From a virus (lineage: Duplodnaviria; Caudoviricetes): a stretch of 44,043 nucleotides of DNA. The DNA lies in IMG/VR virus record IMGVR_UViG_3300005326_000723, positions 1-44,043 of that record, one strand, 5' to 3'. A program made the position numbers and the translations under genes. Positions within the stretch are counted from its first letter, which is position 1, and each line of letters begins with the position of its first letter. The notes beneath the pieces are model-generated. The model ran no database searches and was not told the DNA's origin. It saw nothing but the letters and a program-made list of their open reading frames with translations. Below are positions 35,844 through 44,043 of the stretch, piece after piece.

Positions 35844-36017
35844 TTAGGTGATGGCCCGCGTCAGCAGGACACAGGCACCATATCCCATGATCAGGATCGA
35901 GACCGGTGTCCAGAACACGCTCGGCCCGATCAATACCATTCCGGCAACTCCCGACCCGAAGGCCATCCTTGGAATCCACCGGTACAACCCTTCGGGCAGC
36001 CAGATGTGCTTCAGCAT
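35844..36017 (-). CDS. Small two-TM membrane protein (57 aa)
   Basis: AAGGAGG RBS; hydrophobic sequence. Confidence 0.7.
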   Translation of the reverse strand: MLKHIWLPEGLYRWIPRMAFGSGVAGMVLIGPSVFWTPVSILIMGYGACVLLTRAIT

Positions 36018-36031
36018 GGCATCGCCTCCTT

Positions 36032-36364
36032 TTATTCCTCTTCCTTTGGATCGCTGTTGTTCGGACAGGCTCGGCATGCCTGGAACATCCGTACCCGGTG
36101 GGGATTGGCCGTGGTGAACGGCCTTCTTCGTTCCTCGACACAGACCGGATAAGCGATTGCTCCCATGACCGGACAAAAAACCTCGGTCTTGCCAAACACC
36201 TCTTCAACCCTGGTTAAAAAGGCGTCCAACGCCCCTTTATACAAACCCGCCAACACCTGGGAGACCGTGGCCGTGCTGTAACCGAGCAACCTGGCCACCT
36301 TGGCCTGGCTGCCCAACTCCGCCACAGCCTCGCGCAGCAGTTCGAGCCGGTCATCGTTCGTCAT
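36032..36364 (-). CDS. XRE-type HTH protein with C-terminal Cys cluster
   Basis: GSQAKVARLLGYSTATVSQVLAGLY; CPVMG..C..CRACP; GAGGAGG RBS. Confidence 0.85.
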   Translation of the reverse strand: MTNDDRLELLREAVAELGSQAKVARLLGYSTATVSQVLAGLYKGALDAFLTRVEEVFGKTEVFCPVMGAIAYPVCVEERRRPFTTANPHRVRMFQACRACPNNSDPKEEE

Positions 36365-36935
36365 TGCCGGCCTCCTCATCGCTGCGCCACCGCACCTTTT
36401 GCTGGTTCGGATCCCAGACCCGCTTGGTCCGCTGGATTTGCGGCGCCAGCGGGCCAGTGTAGGCTGCGGGTAGGAAGATGTAACCATTGCCGCTTTTCTT
36501 CAGGTACCCAGCCCTGCACAGGTGGTAGGTGTAGTCGATGGCGGTTTGTTCTTTGACCAGGCATTCCGGTAGGCTCGCGGCCACGGCCAGTTCGCGGGCC
36601 GTAAAGATGCGAAGGATCCGCATGGCCTCCCACATGTTCTTGCAGCCATCGCCCATGGTGACCTGCGTGCCGTCCTTGCGCACGCGCGGGGCCTCGACGC
36701 CGACGTCTTTTCTAAGTTCCCAGACAACCGGATCGCCCGGCCGCTTCGACTCGTGGGTGCGTTCGATGAAGCCTGCCTTTTCCAGACCCACCACGTACTC
36801 CCTGACGGAATCCAGCCTCAGCACCGTTTCCTCGCGTAGTGTGCGCAGCGTGAAGGTCTGCATCCGCCGAATCGCTGCCCAGAGCGCCTGGCGGGAGTCG
36901 AACCCGTTACGCTTGTCCATCGGTTTAAGCGCCAT
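36351..36935 (-). CDS. Winged-helix DNA-binding protein downstream of MuB
   Basis: ALWAAIRR..FT..YVVGLEKAGF; EAPRVRKDG; MWEAMRILRIFT; YTGPLAPQIQR. Confidence 0.85.
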   Translation of the reverse strand: MALKPMDKRNGFDSRQALWAAIRRMQTFTLRTLREETVLRLDSVREYVVGLEKAGFIERTHESKRPGDPVVWELRKDVGVEAPRVRKDGTQVTMGDGCKNMWEAMRILRIFTARELAVAASLPECLVKEQTAIDYTYHLCRAGYLKKSGNGYIFLPAAYTGPLAPQIQRTKRVWDPNQQKVRWRSDEEAGNDER

Positions 36936-37677
36936 ATCGCCTCCCCCTGGATCCGCCCACCAGGAACTCGCGGGAGCCCCAATCCTTGAGGCAGACCGAC
37001 TCCATGCCGACATCGGCGGCAAACCCGGCCACCTGCGCCAGGTTGAGGCAGACCCGGCCGGCGGAACCGTCGCTCACCTCGGTGATCCGCTCCAGGAGGT
37101 CCTGGGCGATCTCCACCTCGGGGTGATACAGCCGCCGCAAATGGGCAGCATCCTCGATATCCACGGGAACGGCCTGCACCCATTCCAGCACCCGCCGGTG
37201 GAACCGTTCCCAGCGTTTGAGCTTGTCGTAGACGCCCTGTTCGCCGATCAGTAGGATTACCGCACCCGAGCCTTCGAACAGGTCCCGGATCAGCTCCACG
37301 CTCTTCTTCTCCACCAGCTTGTCCAGCTCGTCGACAATCAATGGTCGGCCGCTCTTGGCCAGCTGCTCACACGCCTGTTCCGCCATCTCCCACACCCGCT
37401 GTTTAGGTGGGATGCCCATGGTTTGCAGGATGTAGTGGAGGATGGCCCGGCCATTCCAGGTCTCCTGGCACTGGATGTAATAGCCCCGATGCTTCAGGCT
37501 GACATAGGTCGCCGCCTTGGACTTGCCCCAGCCCGCCGGCCCGTACATGCACACCATGCCCGGTAGGTGGCCGGGCCGCTGCATGGCTCGCTCCACCGCG
37601 CTGGCGCACAGGCTGACATTTGCCAGCGGCGCTACCGTGTACGCGGTGAAATCCGTTTTCTTGCCTTTTTCCTTCAT
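36925..37677 (-). CDS. MuB-like AAA+ transposition ATPase
   Basis: Walker A YGPAGWGKS, Walker B PLIVDELD, ILLIGE, WERFHRRV; AAGGAG RBS. Confidence 0.92.
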   Translation of the reverse strand: MKEKGKKTDFTAYTVAPLANVSLCASAVERAMQRPGHLPGMVCMYGPAGWGKSKAATYVSLKHRGYYIQCQETWNGRAILHYILQTMGIPPKQRVWEMAEQACEQLAKSGRPLIVDELDKLVEKKSVELIRDLFEGSGAVILLIGEQGVYDKLKRWERFHRRVLEWVQAVPVDIEDAAHLRRLYHPEVEIAQDLLERITEVSDGSAGRVCLNLAQVAGFAADVGMESVCLKDWGSREFLVGGSRGRRYGA

Positions 37678-37726
37678 TGGCGTTACTCTCCTTGTGGTTT
37701 CCTTTTGAGACATCGGAAGCGTTTTT

Positions 37727-38263
37727 TTAGGGCCGTGCGCCAACACGGCCCATGTTCTTTCTCCTCGACAGAGCAGTGCAAATCCACCGCGACAACGCCG
37801 AGAATGCCGCATACCAACCGCAGTGATCCCGAACAAAACCCTCACTATCCTCGATTTGTTTCAGACCGAGCCGACGAGCTGATCGATGAACTTGCGCCAG
37901 GGCAAGTCGAGCGACTCCGTGATGCATTGCGTACCAAAACCTTGGCAGACTGGATGTACTGGTTCGAAAGTGCACGGGAAGCGATTTGTAGATATGACTC
38001 GCTAACTCCCTCCGAGCGCAGATCCCTGCTTCAAAATCAGCACGATATTGAGCCATTATTGCTTCAGCATGCCTGTGTCTTCTTTGAGCTTTGGCGTCAG
38101 CGAACCGAGATGCAATTCTACGCTCTTCACCACAATGAATTTCTGATTGAAAATCAGCAGGAACAACGCGAAATGATGTTCTCTGTTCTGGCATCGTACA
38201 ACAGTGCTCCTGTGTATGATTACTGGCCGTTTGGCGGCGAGTTTCCATTTTGTTTCGATACAT
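37727..38263 (-). CDS. Possible overlapping sense ORF (178 aa) bridging MuA and MuB
   Basis: AGGAG RBS and ATG just after the MuA stop; open across the whole antisense gene; no recognisable domain. Confidence 0.35.
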   Translation of the reverse strand: MYRNKMETRRQTASNHTQEHCCTMPEQRTSFRVVPADFQSEIHCGEERRIASRFADAKAQRRHRHAEAIMAQYRADFEAGICARRELASHIYKSLPVHFRTSTSSLPRFWYAMHHGVARLALAQVHRSARRLGLKQIEDSEGFVRDHCGWYAAFSALSRWICTALSRRKNMGRVGARP

Positions 38264-38265
38264 AG
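37804..38265 (+). CDS. Antisense cargo gene between MuA and MuB (153 aa, helical, unknown function)
   Basis: Lower-GC segment with a protein-like acidic/aromatic sequence; start uncertain. Confidence 0.55.
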   Translation: MPHTNRSDPEQNPHYPRFVSDRADELIDELAPGQVERLRDALRTKTLADWMYWFESAREAICRYDSLTPSERRSLLQNQHDIEPLLLQHACVFFELWRQRTEMQFYALHHNEFLIENQQEQREMMFSVLASYNSAPVYDYWPFGGEFPFCFDT

Positions 38266-38275
38266 ACTCTCCTGT

Positions 38276-40378
38276 TCACCCCTGCCGCCTGCCCAGCTGC
38301 TCCTCCACCTCGGTGAATGTCCGGAAGGTTGCGGAGTTTCGGAAGCTTTCGTAGAAGCGCATGGCCCGTTCCTCCAGTACCTCGCCATCCCGTAACCTGC
38401 CGTCCAGCTCTCGCCACAACCGGTACATGTCGCGATCGTTGTGGGGGATGGTGAAGGTCTCCGGTGCATTCATCTCCACCGCCAGCCTGGCCCTGGCCGC
38501 TGTCAGTTCTGGCCGCTCCTCGCTCTTGACCGGGAAAGTGAGCAACTCGCCCTTGGGACGGAGTTGCGGCGCCGGGATGAGATCGATGACGCCCCGGCCT
38601 TCCTCGTGGATCAGGTCAAGCTGTTGCTGCTTGATCTCGGCCCGCCGCTTGGTGCGCCGTTCCTGCGCCTGCTCCACCATGGATTTGGGGAAGTAGTCGA
38701 TCCGGTTCTTCTCGAACCAGGCGTAACAGACCAGGCGTCCCTGTTGATCCCAGATCTGCACCTTGGAGGCGTCGTTGGGGAAGTAGGCCACCTGCACCGC
38801 CTCGCCCTCGATATGGGCCAGGTCGGCGTTGTAGTAGTGGTTGTTGCCGAGCTGCACCATGGAGCGGACCACCTTCCGTTCTTCCCTTGGCAGCCACAGG
38901 ATCTCGATCTCGGCCTCGGTGAGCTGGTGTTCCTTGGGATTCCAGCCATCGGCCACATGCCAGGCCCAGCATTCCAGGGGTGACATGTGTCGCTTGCGGC
39001 CGGTTTCCGGGTCGTTGATCTTGGGCAGGCTGCTGTGGGGCCTGCGGTTGTAGGTGTCGACCGTCTCCTGGCAGAAGTCGAGGAACTGCGGCCAACTGAT
39101 CAGGTGCTCGCTGCCGCCTTTCTTCTCGAAGTCCCGCTGCATCACCATGTAGAGGTTGCGCTTGGTGCTCTTATCCATTTCCCGGCCGGTAAAGGTGGCC
39201 AGTTCCTTGGCGCTCCTGATCCACATCGTCCGGTTGGGTCGTTCGATCACGCCGTGGCCCTGGGGATTACCCGGCCGACCGGTAGTGAAAGTGGTGCCGA
39301 TCCGGGCAAACAGGCCGGTTTTATCGTCGGTGTTGACGCCTGCCATGTTGCCGGAGCCGCCATCGGTGTAGACGATGTCGAAGATGCCGCCGTAGGGTTT
39401 ATGTTCGCTCACCATGGCTGCGTCACGAATCGCCCCGGCCACGGTCAGGGCGGATTCCGCGAGACCTGCCGACCAGCCGGCCACCACCTTGGTGGCGACG
39501 TCGATGATAGCGCATACTTCGGGATGGAACGGCCGGCCGTGCACCGGATGCGCCACCTTGGCCTTGTAACTGTGACCGTCGCAGCAGCCGATGGTCATCG
39601 GCCGGTAGCCGCTGGTATCGCGCTGCCAGTAGCCTTTCAGGGCCTGGTAGGCGGCGCCGGTCTTGCGGCCTTTTTCCCGTTCCAACCGGGAGCGCTTGTT
39701 ATGGAAGCGCAGCACCTGGTGGTAGGAGGGCATGGCCGTGCCCTCGGGCAGGATCTTGGCCATCTGTTCCATGGCCTCAGGAATGGTAGGGTTGGAGGGG
39801 CGCTGATAGCACTGGATGAAGAAGCCGGCCCACTCGGGGAAGGTTGGTTTCTCCATTGGTTTGGGCGCCAAGGCCGCGAAGCCGTAGCGCCGCACCGCCC
39901 GTTGCCAGCTCAGGATCAGGGAGCGGGAGAGGGTGCGGGCCTCGCCCTTGCGGGCATTGGCCAGGACCACGCATTGCATCAGTTGTTCCGGCAGCCTCTC
40001 TTGTTTGGCCATCTCCACCATAGTGTCCACGGCCCGGTTGGTACCGTGCAGCTTTTGCAGTTGTTCGAACTCCCGGTACAGGGTGACGCGTGCTTCGAAG
40101 ATCTCCCGCTGCCACCCCTTCAGGCTGGTGAGCCTCTGGTCGGTCTGTTCCCGGATGACCAGTTCCTTGTCCTTGGAAGGCGTGGGTGCATACTGGAAAT
40201 GGAGGGCGGCCTGGGTTTCTGCGGGTAGGCAGGTCAGGTGGTATTCCTTGCCGCCACCCTGGCCTTGGCGATACCGGGCCATCCAGTGTTCTTTCCGCGC
40301 CTTCTTGATGATGCCCGGTATTGAGGTGGGCATGCCCGGCAGGCCAGTCAGTTCGGAGGTTCTGAACCAGTCTTTCAT
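38276..40378 (-). CDS. MuA-like DDE transposase
   Basis: N-terminal Mu DNA-binding domain (WFRTSELTGLPGMP..GGGKEYHLTCLP); DDE triad CCDGH / YTDGGSG / GVIER; YNRRPHSSL. Confidence 0.95.
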   Translation of the reverse strand: MKDWFRTSELTGLPGMPTSIPGIIKKARKEHWMARYRQGQGGGKEYHLTCLPAETQAALHFQYAPTPSKDKELVIREQTDQRLTSLKGWQREIFEARVTLYREFEQLQKLHGTNRAVDTMVEMAKQERLPEQLMQCVVLANARKGEARTLSRSLILSWQRAVRRYGFAALAPKPMEKPTFPEWAGFFIQCYQRPSNPTIPEAMEQMAKILPEGTAMPSYHQVLRFHNKRSRLEREKGRKTGAAYQALKGYWQRDTSGYRPMTIGCCDGHSYKAKVAHPVHGRPFHPEVCAIIDVATKVVAGWSAGLAESALTVAGAIRDAAMVSEHKPYGGIFDIVYTDGGSGNMAGVNTDDKTGLFARIGTTFTTGRPGNPQGHGVIERPNRTMWIRSAKELATFTGREMDKSTKRNLYMVMQRDFEKKGGSEHLISWPQFLDFCQETVDTYNRRPHSSLPKINDPETGRKRHMSPLECWAWHVADGWNPKEHQLTEAEIEILWLPREERKVVRSMVQLGNNHYYNADLAHIEGEAVQVAYFPNDASKVQIWDQQGRLVCYAWFEKNRIDYFPKSMVEQAQERRTKRRAEIKQQQLDLIHEEGRGVIDLIPAPQLRPKGELLTFPVKSEERPELTAARARLAVEMNAPETFTIPHNDRDMYRLWRELDGRLRDGEVLEERAMRFYESFRNSATFRTFTEVEEQLGRRQG

Positions 40379-40590
40379 GCGGCCTTCCTCATATCCTCGG
40401 GAATGGCAAGAAACCGTTCCGGGCACCCCATTTCCAAGAACCAAGTCAACACTCGGCGGTTGTTTTCGCGTCCCTCGATGGTGGCCCACACCGTCTTGTT
40501 GTCCTTGAACCCCAGTTCTTTCTGGATGGTTACCAGCCGGATGCCTTGTCGCTGTAGCCATACCCGGATTTCGACGCTATCCCGTTTCAT
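40375..40590 (-). CDS. Ner-like small HTH regulator
   Basis: 71 aa directly upstream of the transposase with an ATGA overlap; EIRVWLQRQGI..IQKELG..TVWATIEG. Confidence 0.75.
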   Translation of the reverse strand: MKRDSVEIRVWLQRQGIRLVTIQKELGFKDNKTVWATIEGRENNRRVLTWFLEMGCPERFLAIPEDMRKAA

Positions 40591-40595
40591 CGTCT

Positions 40596-41492
40596 CTATG
40601 CCTGCAGGTTGGAGGGTTCGAGCAAGAGGTCACGGAAAACTTCCTCGGCTTGGGCCTCGGTTTCGTATTCACCGTACACCAGCCAGGTCCCGGCGGTTTC
40701 CATCTGCTCGATCCGGATTTTGTCCATGAGCCTGAATATCCCGAAACCAGACGCGAGGAGTTTCTCCAGATTGTTGGACCGCCAGAGGATTTTCTGCTCG
40801 CGGATGTTCTGTTCGCCGCATTCGCCCACTCTCCGGGCCAGGTTGTTCAGGGTGGCGAAGAGGGTTTCCCTGGAGGTGTATTTCCAGCCGCTGTTGTGCT
40901 CGATCTCGACCTGTTTGAGAAATCCCTCCCAGGCTTGAGTGAACTCGGCGGATTGACGGCTGGTTTTGGCATGGGTTCGGGGCTTGGCTTGTTCGCCGGC
41001 CTGTCTGATGCTGTCGGAGAGCTGTTCCCCCTTGAAGGACTTGACCGCGTTCTTCACCGTTTTGGCTGTGACCTTGAAAGGGGCCTCTTCGGGTGTTGAG
41101 GGCTGTTTGGTCTCGATCAGTTGTTGCCAGACCTGTTTCTGTTCTTCCGGTTCCAGTCGGGAGAGTTCTCTTGCCTGGGACTCGTTGGCCGGCATGCGTT
41201 CCCAATCGATGCTGCCGTCCTCTTTTGCGCCAATGGGCGTCAGGTTCTCGATCACCTTGGAGGCGGCCACAAGACGATCGGCGTATTTGTAGCCCATGTC
41301 CCAGATCTCCCGGCAGTAGCCTTCCCAGGTCCGGCCATCGCTGGTCCGGTACAAGCGTTTCTCGCGGATCTCCATGAGGGCATTGCCCACCGCCACATAG
41401 GCCAGAAAGTTTTCCCGGATGATCGATTCCAGTGCCGAGAGGCGGGTTTGTTCCACCGGGGTCAAGGGTTTGTCTTCGATGATCAGTTCCAT
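40596..41492 (-). CDS. Early protein of unknown function (298 aa)
   Basis: VGNALMEIREKRLYR..TWEGYC..PANESQAREL motif typical of phage DNA-associated proteins; GGGAG RBS. Confidence 0.8.
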   Translation of the reverse strand: MELIIEDKPLTPVEQTRLSALESIIRENFLAYVAVGNALMEIREKRLYRTSDGRTWEGYCREIWDMGYKYADRLVAASKVIENLTPIGAKEDGSIDWERMPANESQARELSRLEPEEQKQVWQQLIETKQPSTPEEAPFKVTAKTVKNAVKSFKGEQLSDSIRQAGEQAKPRTHAKTSRQSAEFTQAWEGFLKQVEIEHNSGWKYTSRETLFATLNNLARRVGECGEQNIREQKILWRSNNLEKLLASGFGIFRLMDKIRIEQMETAGTWLVYGEYETEAQAEEVFRDLLLEPSNLQA

Positions 41493-41501
41493 GCCTGCTC
41501 C

Positions 41502-41924
41502 CTAGAGTGTCGCCTTCAATTTCTTCATCATCGCCTGCTTCTGCTTGACCTCCTGGTCCAGTTCGGCCAGTCGCAGCAGCTTGGCTTATTTGTCGTCAAT
41601 CACTCGCCAGCCAAGTGGCGCCACCAGGACCTGCATCGGCTCGATGCTGTCGGTGGCCGCGCAGAAAACCGGCAGCGCCTTGATAGGGATGACCCGTTCC
41701 TTGTCCTCCGGGTTCAGCCACTTCTCGAAGGTGGCCATGGTCAGGTTCGGTCCGTTTCCCTTCACCAGCCGGACGCCGTAGCGGTCTGCGAGTTGGTTGA
41801 CCCGGGCGCAGAGTTCATCCCGCGAGAGTCCGGTCGCATCGGCAGCCTTGGCCATGGCGGTCTTCAGGTCCCGGAGCACGTTGAGCGTCGGTGCGGTGCT
41901 GAAGAGGCCAAGTTGCGTTACCAT
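41502..41924 (-). pseudogene. Early regulatory protein (CII/CP76-like) interrupted by an in-frame TAA at 41586-41588
   Basis: After IDDK* the frame continues AKLLRLAELDQEVKQKQAMMKKLKATL* to 41502, ending at the next gene's RBS. Confidence 0.7.
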
Positions 41925-42217
41925 CAGGTTCGCTCCTCATGCAGTCGCTCGGCGATTCTCACGGCTTGCTCCAAGGTGAAGAAGCCGAATTTGTAGCCCT
42001 GGCGACCATGCCATCGGCCATCAACACGCAACCGGAAATACTTCTGCCAGTATTCCCGGTTGCGTAGTGGTGGATGCGGGTGCATGGTTTTCCGGTAGGG
42101 GCTCCAGTTCCGTCGCCACTGCTCTGCTTTAAACAGTTCGATTCGGAGTGGTTTTTTGCCCTCGGTGGCGGCATTTCCCCATCGCCACACAATGTCCGGC
42201 ATCCGGATTTCACTCAT
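41924..42217 (-). CDS. Hypothetical basic early protein (97 aa)
   Basis: First sizeable ORF after the early promoter; TGATG overlap with the next gene. Confidence 0.7.
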   Translation of the reverse strand: MSEIRMPDIVWRWGNAATEGKKPLRIELFKAEQWRRNWSPYRKTMHPHPPLRNREYWQKYFRLRVDGRWHGRQGYKFGFFTLEQAVRIAERLHEERT

Positions 42218-42389
42218 AACCTGGCTTTATCGAAAATATTTTGCCTGTCGAAGTCCCGCATGAACGTCTACCGTCCGCCATTCTCCACCTTCACCGTCTG
42301 GTTTAATTTTGAAACGGACATTGAACCTTTCTTGTCAGTCGTGTACTTTTTGAAGAACAATTCCCGTTTCTGCGGGAACCTTTAGGAGT

Positions 42390-42418
42390 GGTATAGAAGA
42401 AAATCGCGACCGAGTCAA
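42390..42418 (-). promoter_or_regulatory. Early lytic promoter (Pe-like)
   Basis: TTGACT (42418-42413), 17 bp, TATACC (42395-42390); divergent from the repressor. Confidence 0.65.
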
Positions 42419-42429
42419 CAGGAAATCGC

Positions 42430-42566
42430 GGTTTAAACTTGTCTTGATTGCGAATTTTCGCATTTATCGCGATAAACTTATGTTTTCCCGCGATTATTGC
42501 GGAAGTTTAAACTGGCCGCTTGAGTTAACAGTTAGTTAATAGTTTTTCCGGAGGAAGTTTAAACTG
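42430..42566. promoter_or_regulatory. Operator-like palindromes (A/G)GTTTAAACT x3
   Basis: At 42430-42439, 42504-42513 and 42556-42565; the last two lie within a 14-bp direct repeat GGAAGTTTAAACTG. Confidence 0.65.
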
Positions 42567-42568
42567 AG

Positions 42569-43330
42569 ATGACCGAAGATACTTTCGTTGAACGTGTGCG
42601 AAAAGCTGCGGAATTAGCGGGCGGTCAACTTGCGCTTGCTCAGAAAACGGGAATTTCTGCTAGGACTATAAACGCCTATGCTCTCGGCGAATCAGAACCT
42701 TCCAGAACTAGGCTTGTGTCAATTGCCGAGGCTGCAAACGTGTCTATCGGCTGGCTCGCAAATGGTGTAGGGCCTATGCAGGCAGAATTGTCCGTGGAGG
42801 TGAAAAAACAGACTTCCCGCAATGAAATCCAGCAGGCAATTGAACCACAGCCCTGTGTGATTGACGCCGCAGGCCATATTGCCATTCCGCAATGGCAATG
42901 CCCGGATCCGGAGATGTTCGACTATATCCCAATGGCCGAGGCACAGTTATCGGCTGGTGGCGGCTGTTTCGTGCTTTCTGAAGATGTTGAAGGGTACTAC
43001 GCGTTCAGGAAGAGCTGGCTGAATAGGGTGGCGTCAAGCGCCAAGAATCTGGTGCTTATGAGAGTGCAGGGAGGGTCGATGCACCCGACCATTCAGGACG
43101 GCGACACCGTTATGATTGATACAGGGCGCATGTCGGTGAAAGAGGGCATGCTTTATGCCCTGCGGTTCGATTCGACCATCATGGTCAAGAGGCTGGCTTT
43201 CCGGCCAGGCGGCCGCATTCAGATCGTTTCCGACAACCGCCAGGAATACGATCCATTCGAGGCCGACCTCAAGGACCTGCACATCATAGGCCAGGTCATC
43301 TTCTTTTGCAGGACCTTTGTTTCGGATTAA
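42569..43330 (+). CDS. CI-like repressor (XRE HTH plus S24 peptidase)
   Basis: GGQLALAQKTGISARTINAY..SEPS; SAGGG cleavage site; VQGGSMHPTIQDGD; MVKRL. Confidence 0.95.
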   Translation: MTEDTFVERVRKAAELAGGQLALAQKTGISARTINAYALGESEPSRTRLVSIAEAANVSIGWLANGVGPMQAELSVEVKKQTSRNEIQQAIEPQPCVIDAAGHIAIPQWQCPDPEMFDYIPMAEAQLSAGGGCFVLSEDVEGYYAFRKSWLNRVASSAKNLVLMRVQGGSMHPTIQDGDTVMIDTGRMSVKEGMLYALRFDSTIMVKRLAFRPGGRIQIVSDNRQEYDPFEADLKDLHIIGQVIFFCRTFVSD

Positions 43331-43351
43331 AGGGCTGTGTCGGCAAAGAAA

Positions 43352-43371
43352 AACCCCTCGAATGAGGGGTT
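43352..43371. terminator. Hairpin after the repressor (possible terminator)
   Basis: AACCCCTC-GAAT-GAGGGGTT with an A-run on the left. Confidence 0.55.
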
Positions 43372-43526
43372 CTAAATCTCGTGCGAATAGCGCACCATGT
43401 GAAGAAAACTATCAGGAAAGGTTCAAAATCAAACGAAACGGCAAAATCACCGTTTTCAAATCCTCAACCTTTTCTCGAAGCCCGATTATTGGGCCAACCC
43501 GCATTATTTCATATCATCCCGCCACA
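43368..43526. other. Phage left-end region with repeated putative transposase-binding sites, ending in CA (5'-TG on the phage strand)
   Basis: Related motifs GGTTCTAAATC, GGTTCAAAATC, TTTTCAAATC and TTTCATATC precede ...GCCACA at 43526. Confidence 0.55.
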
Positions 43527-44043
43527 ACCCATATAGAGGTGCAGAACCTCTGGTTAAAGGACTCTCCTTTTTGTCACCCGTAGATCTCCCGTCCAATACC
43601 CTCAAGGAAGCCCTCACAGGTTTCAACCGATGAATATATTTTTCGGTGGTCGATACACTCTTGTGACGAAGAATATCCTTAATATCGATCAACGGTACAT
43701 CGGCCTGCATGAGGAGGCTTGCGGACAGATGACGGATGCCATGAAGACCGAATTGCTTCACTTCTGCCCTCTTGCATAACCCTATTAACCAGCGACGCCG
43801 GAAATGATAGGATTGCCCAGTCTCTGGATCAGGAAATACCCACTCCTGGGAAGAATCCTTTTTCCATTCCAGCAGCAAGGTCTTGAGGCCATCTGTCATC
43901 GGTAGCCAGTCATATTCAAATGATCCGTCTCTGCGTTTCTTTGTGTAAAGTCTAACTTGTTGACCTGCAAAATCAATATCAGTCCAATGAAGAGTAAAAA
44001 CTTCATTACGCCTAGCTCCTAGGTGGAGATAAGCTATAAGCAT
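43504..44043 (-). CDS. Tyrosine recombinase/integrase, C-terminal part (5' end probably outside the window; native C-terminus replaced by the phage end)
   Basis: LGARRNE (R), HGIRH (HxxR), ILRH, TTEKYIH (Y). Confidence 0.9.
   Translation of the reverse strand: MLIAYLHLGARRNEVFTLHWTDIDFAGQQVRLYTKKRRDGSFEYDWLPMTDGLKTLLLEWKKDSSQEWVFPDPETGQSYHFRRRWLIGLCKRAEVKQFGLHGIRHLSASLLMQADVPLIDIKDILRHKSVSTTEKYIHRLKPVRASLRVLDGRSTGDKKESPLTRGSAPLYGLWRDDMK
43525..43531 (+). repeat. Right copy of direct repeat CAACCCA
   Basis: Identical to 2604-2610. Confidence 0.7.

Larger units (their letters stand above)
2611..43526 (-). mobile_element. Transposable (Mu-like) prophage, ~40.9 kb, siphovirus-type tail, apparently complete
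   Basis: Mu-like gene order: repressor, early genes, A, B, gam, gemA, mor/C, lysis, gp25-gp29, F, G, I, capsid, gp36, gp37, tail, terminal methylase. Flanked by a CAACCCA direct repeat. Exact ends uncertain by about 2 bp. Confidence 0.93.

Noticed and set aside
38361-41996. Long + strand ORFs opposite transposase and early genes (38987-40228, 41121-41996)
   Set aside because: Antisense shadows of well-supported genes.
43504-44043. Integrase as the prophage's own integration enzyme
   Set aside because: It lies outside the phage end and is interrupted by it; the phage encodes MuA and MuB.

Overview
Most of the window (about 2611-43526, roughly 40.9 kb) is an apparently complete transposable Mu-like prophage on the minus strand. 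It has a CI-like repressor, MuA/MuB, Gam, GemA, Mor/C, a lysis cassette, Mu-type terminase/portal/gpF/gpG/protease, a lambda-type capsid E plus decoration protein, a non-contractile tail with an unusual paralogous Cys-rich tip module, and a terminal Dam-like methylase. The prophage is flanked by a 7-bp direct repeat (CAACCCA). Removing it rejoins the 3' end of a tyrosine integrase, whose stop then overlaps the start of a PocR/PAS hybrid histidine kinase. The best candidates for new biology are three. (1) A low-GC cargo island at about 27.4-33.3 kb encodes an SMC/Rad50-like ABC ATPase, a winged-helix-like protein and a PD-(D/E)xK nuclease, facing an SPPY-type DNA methyltransferase, with a ClpX zinc-finger protein upstream; it looks like an ABC three-component/RM hybrid defence system. 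(2) A ~295-nt antisense transcription unit between gpF and gpG is built from three tandem structured RNA domains with related closing stems. (3) A second cloverleaf-like antisense RNA lies upstream of dam. All product calls come from motif recognition and synteny by eye; no database searches or folding programs were run.
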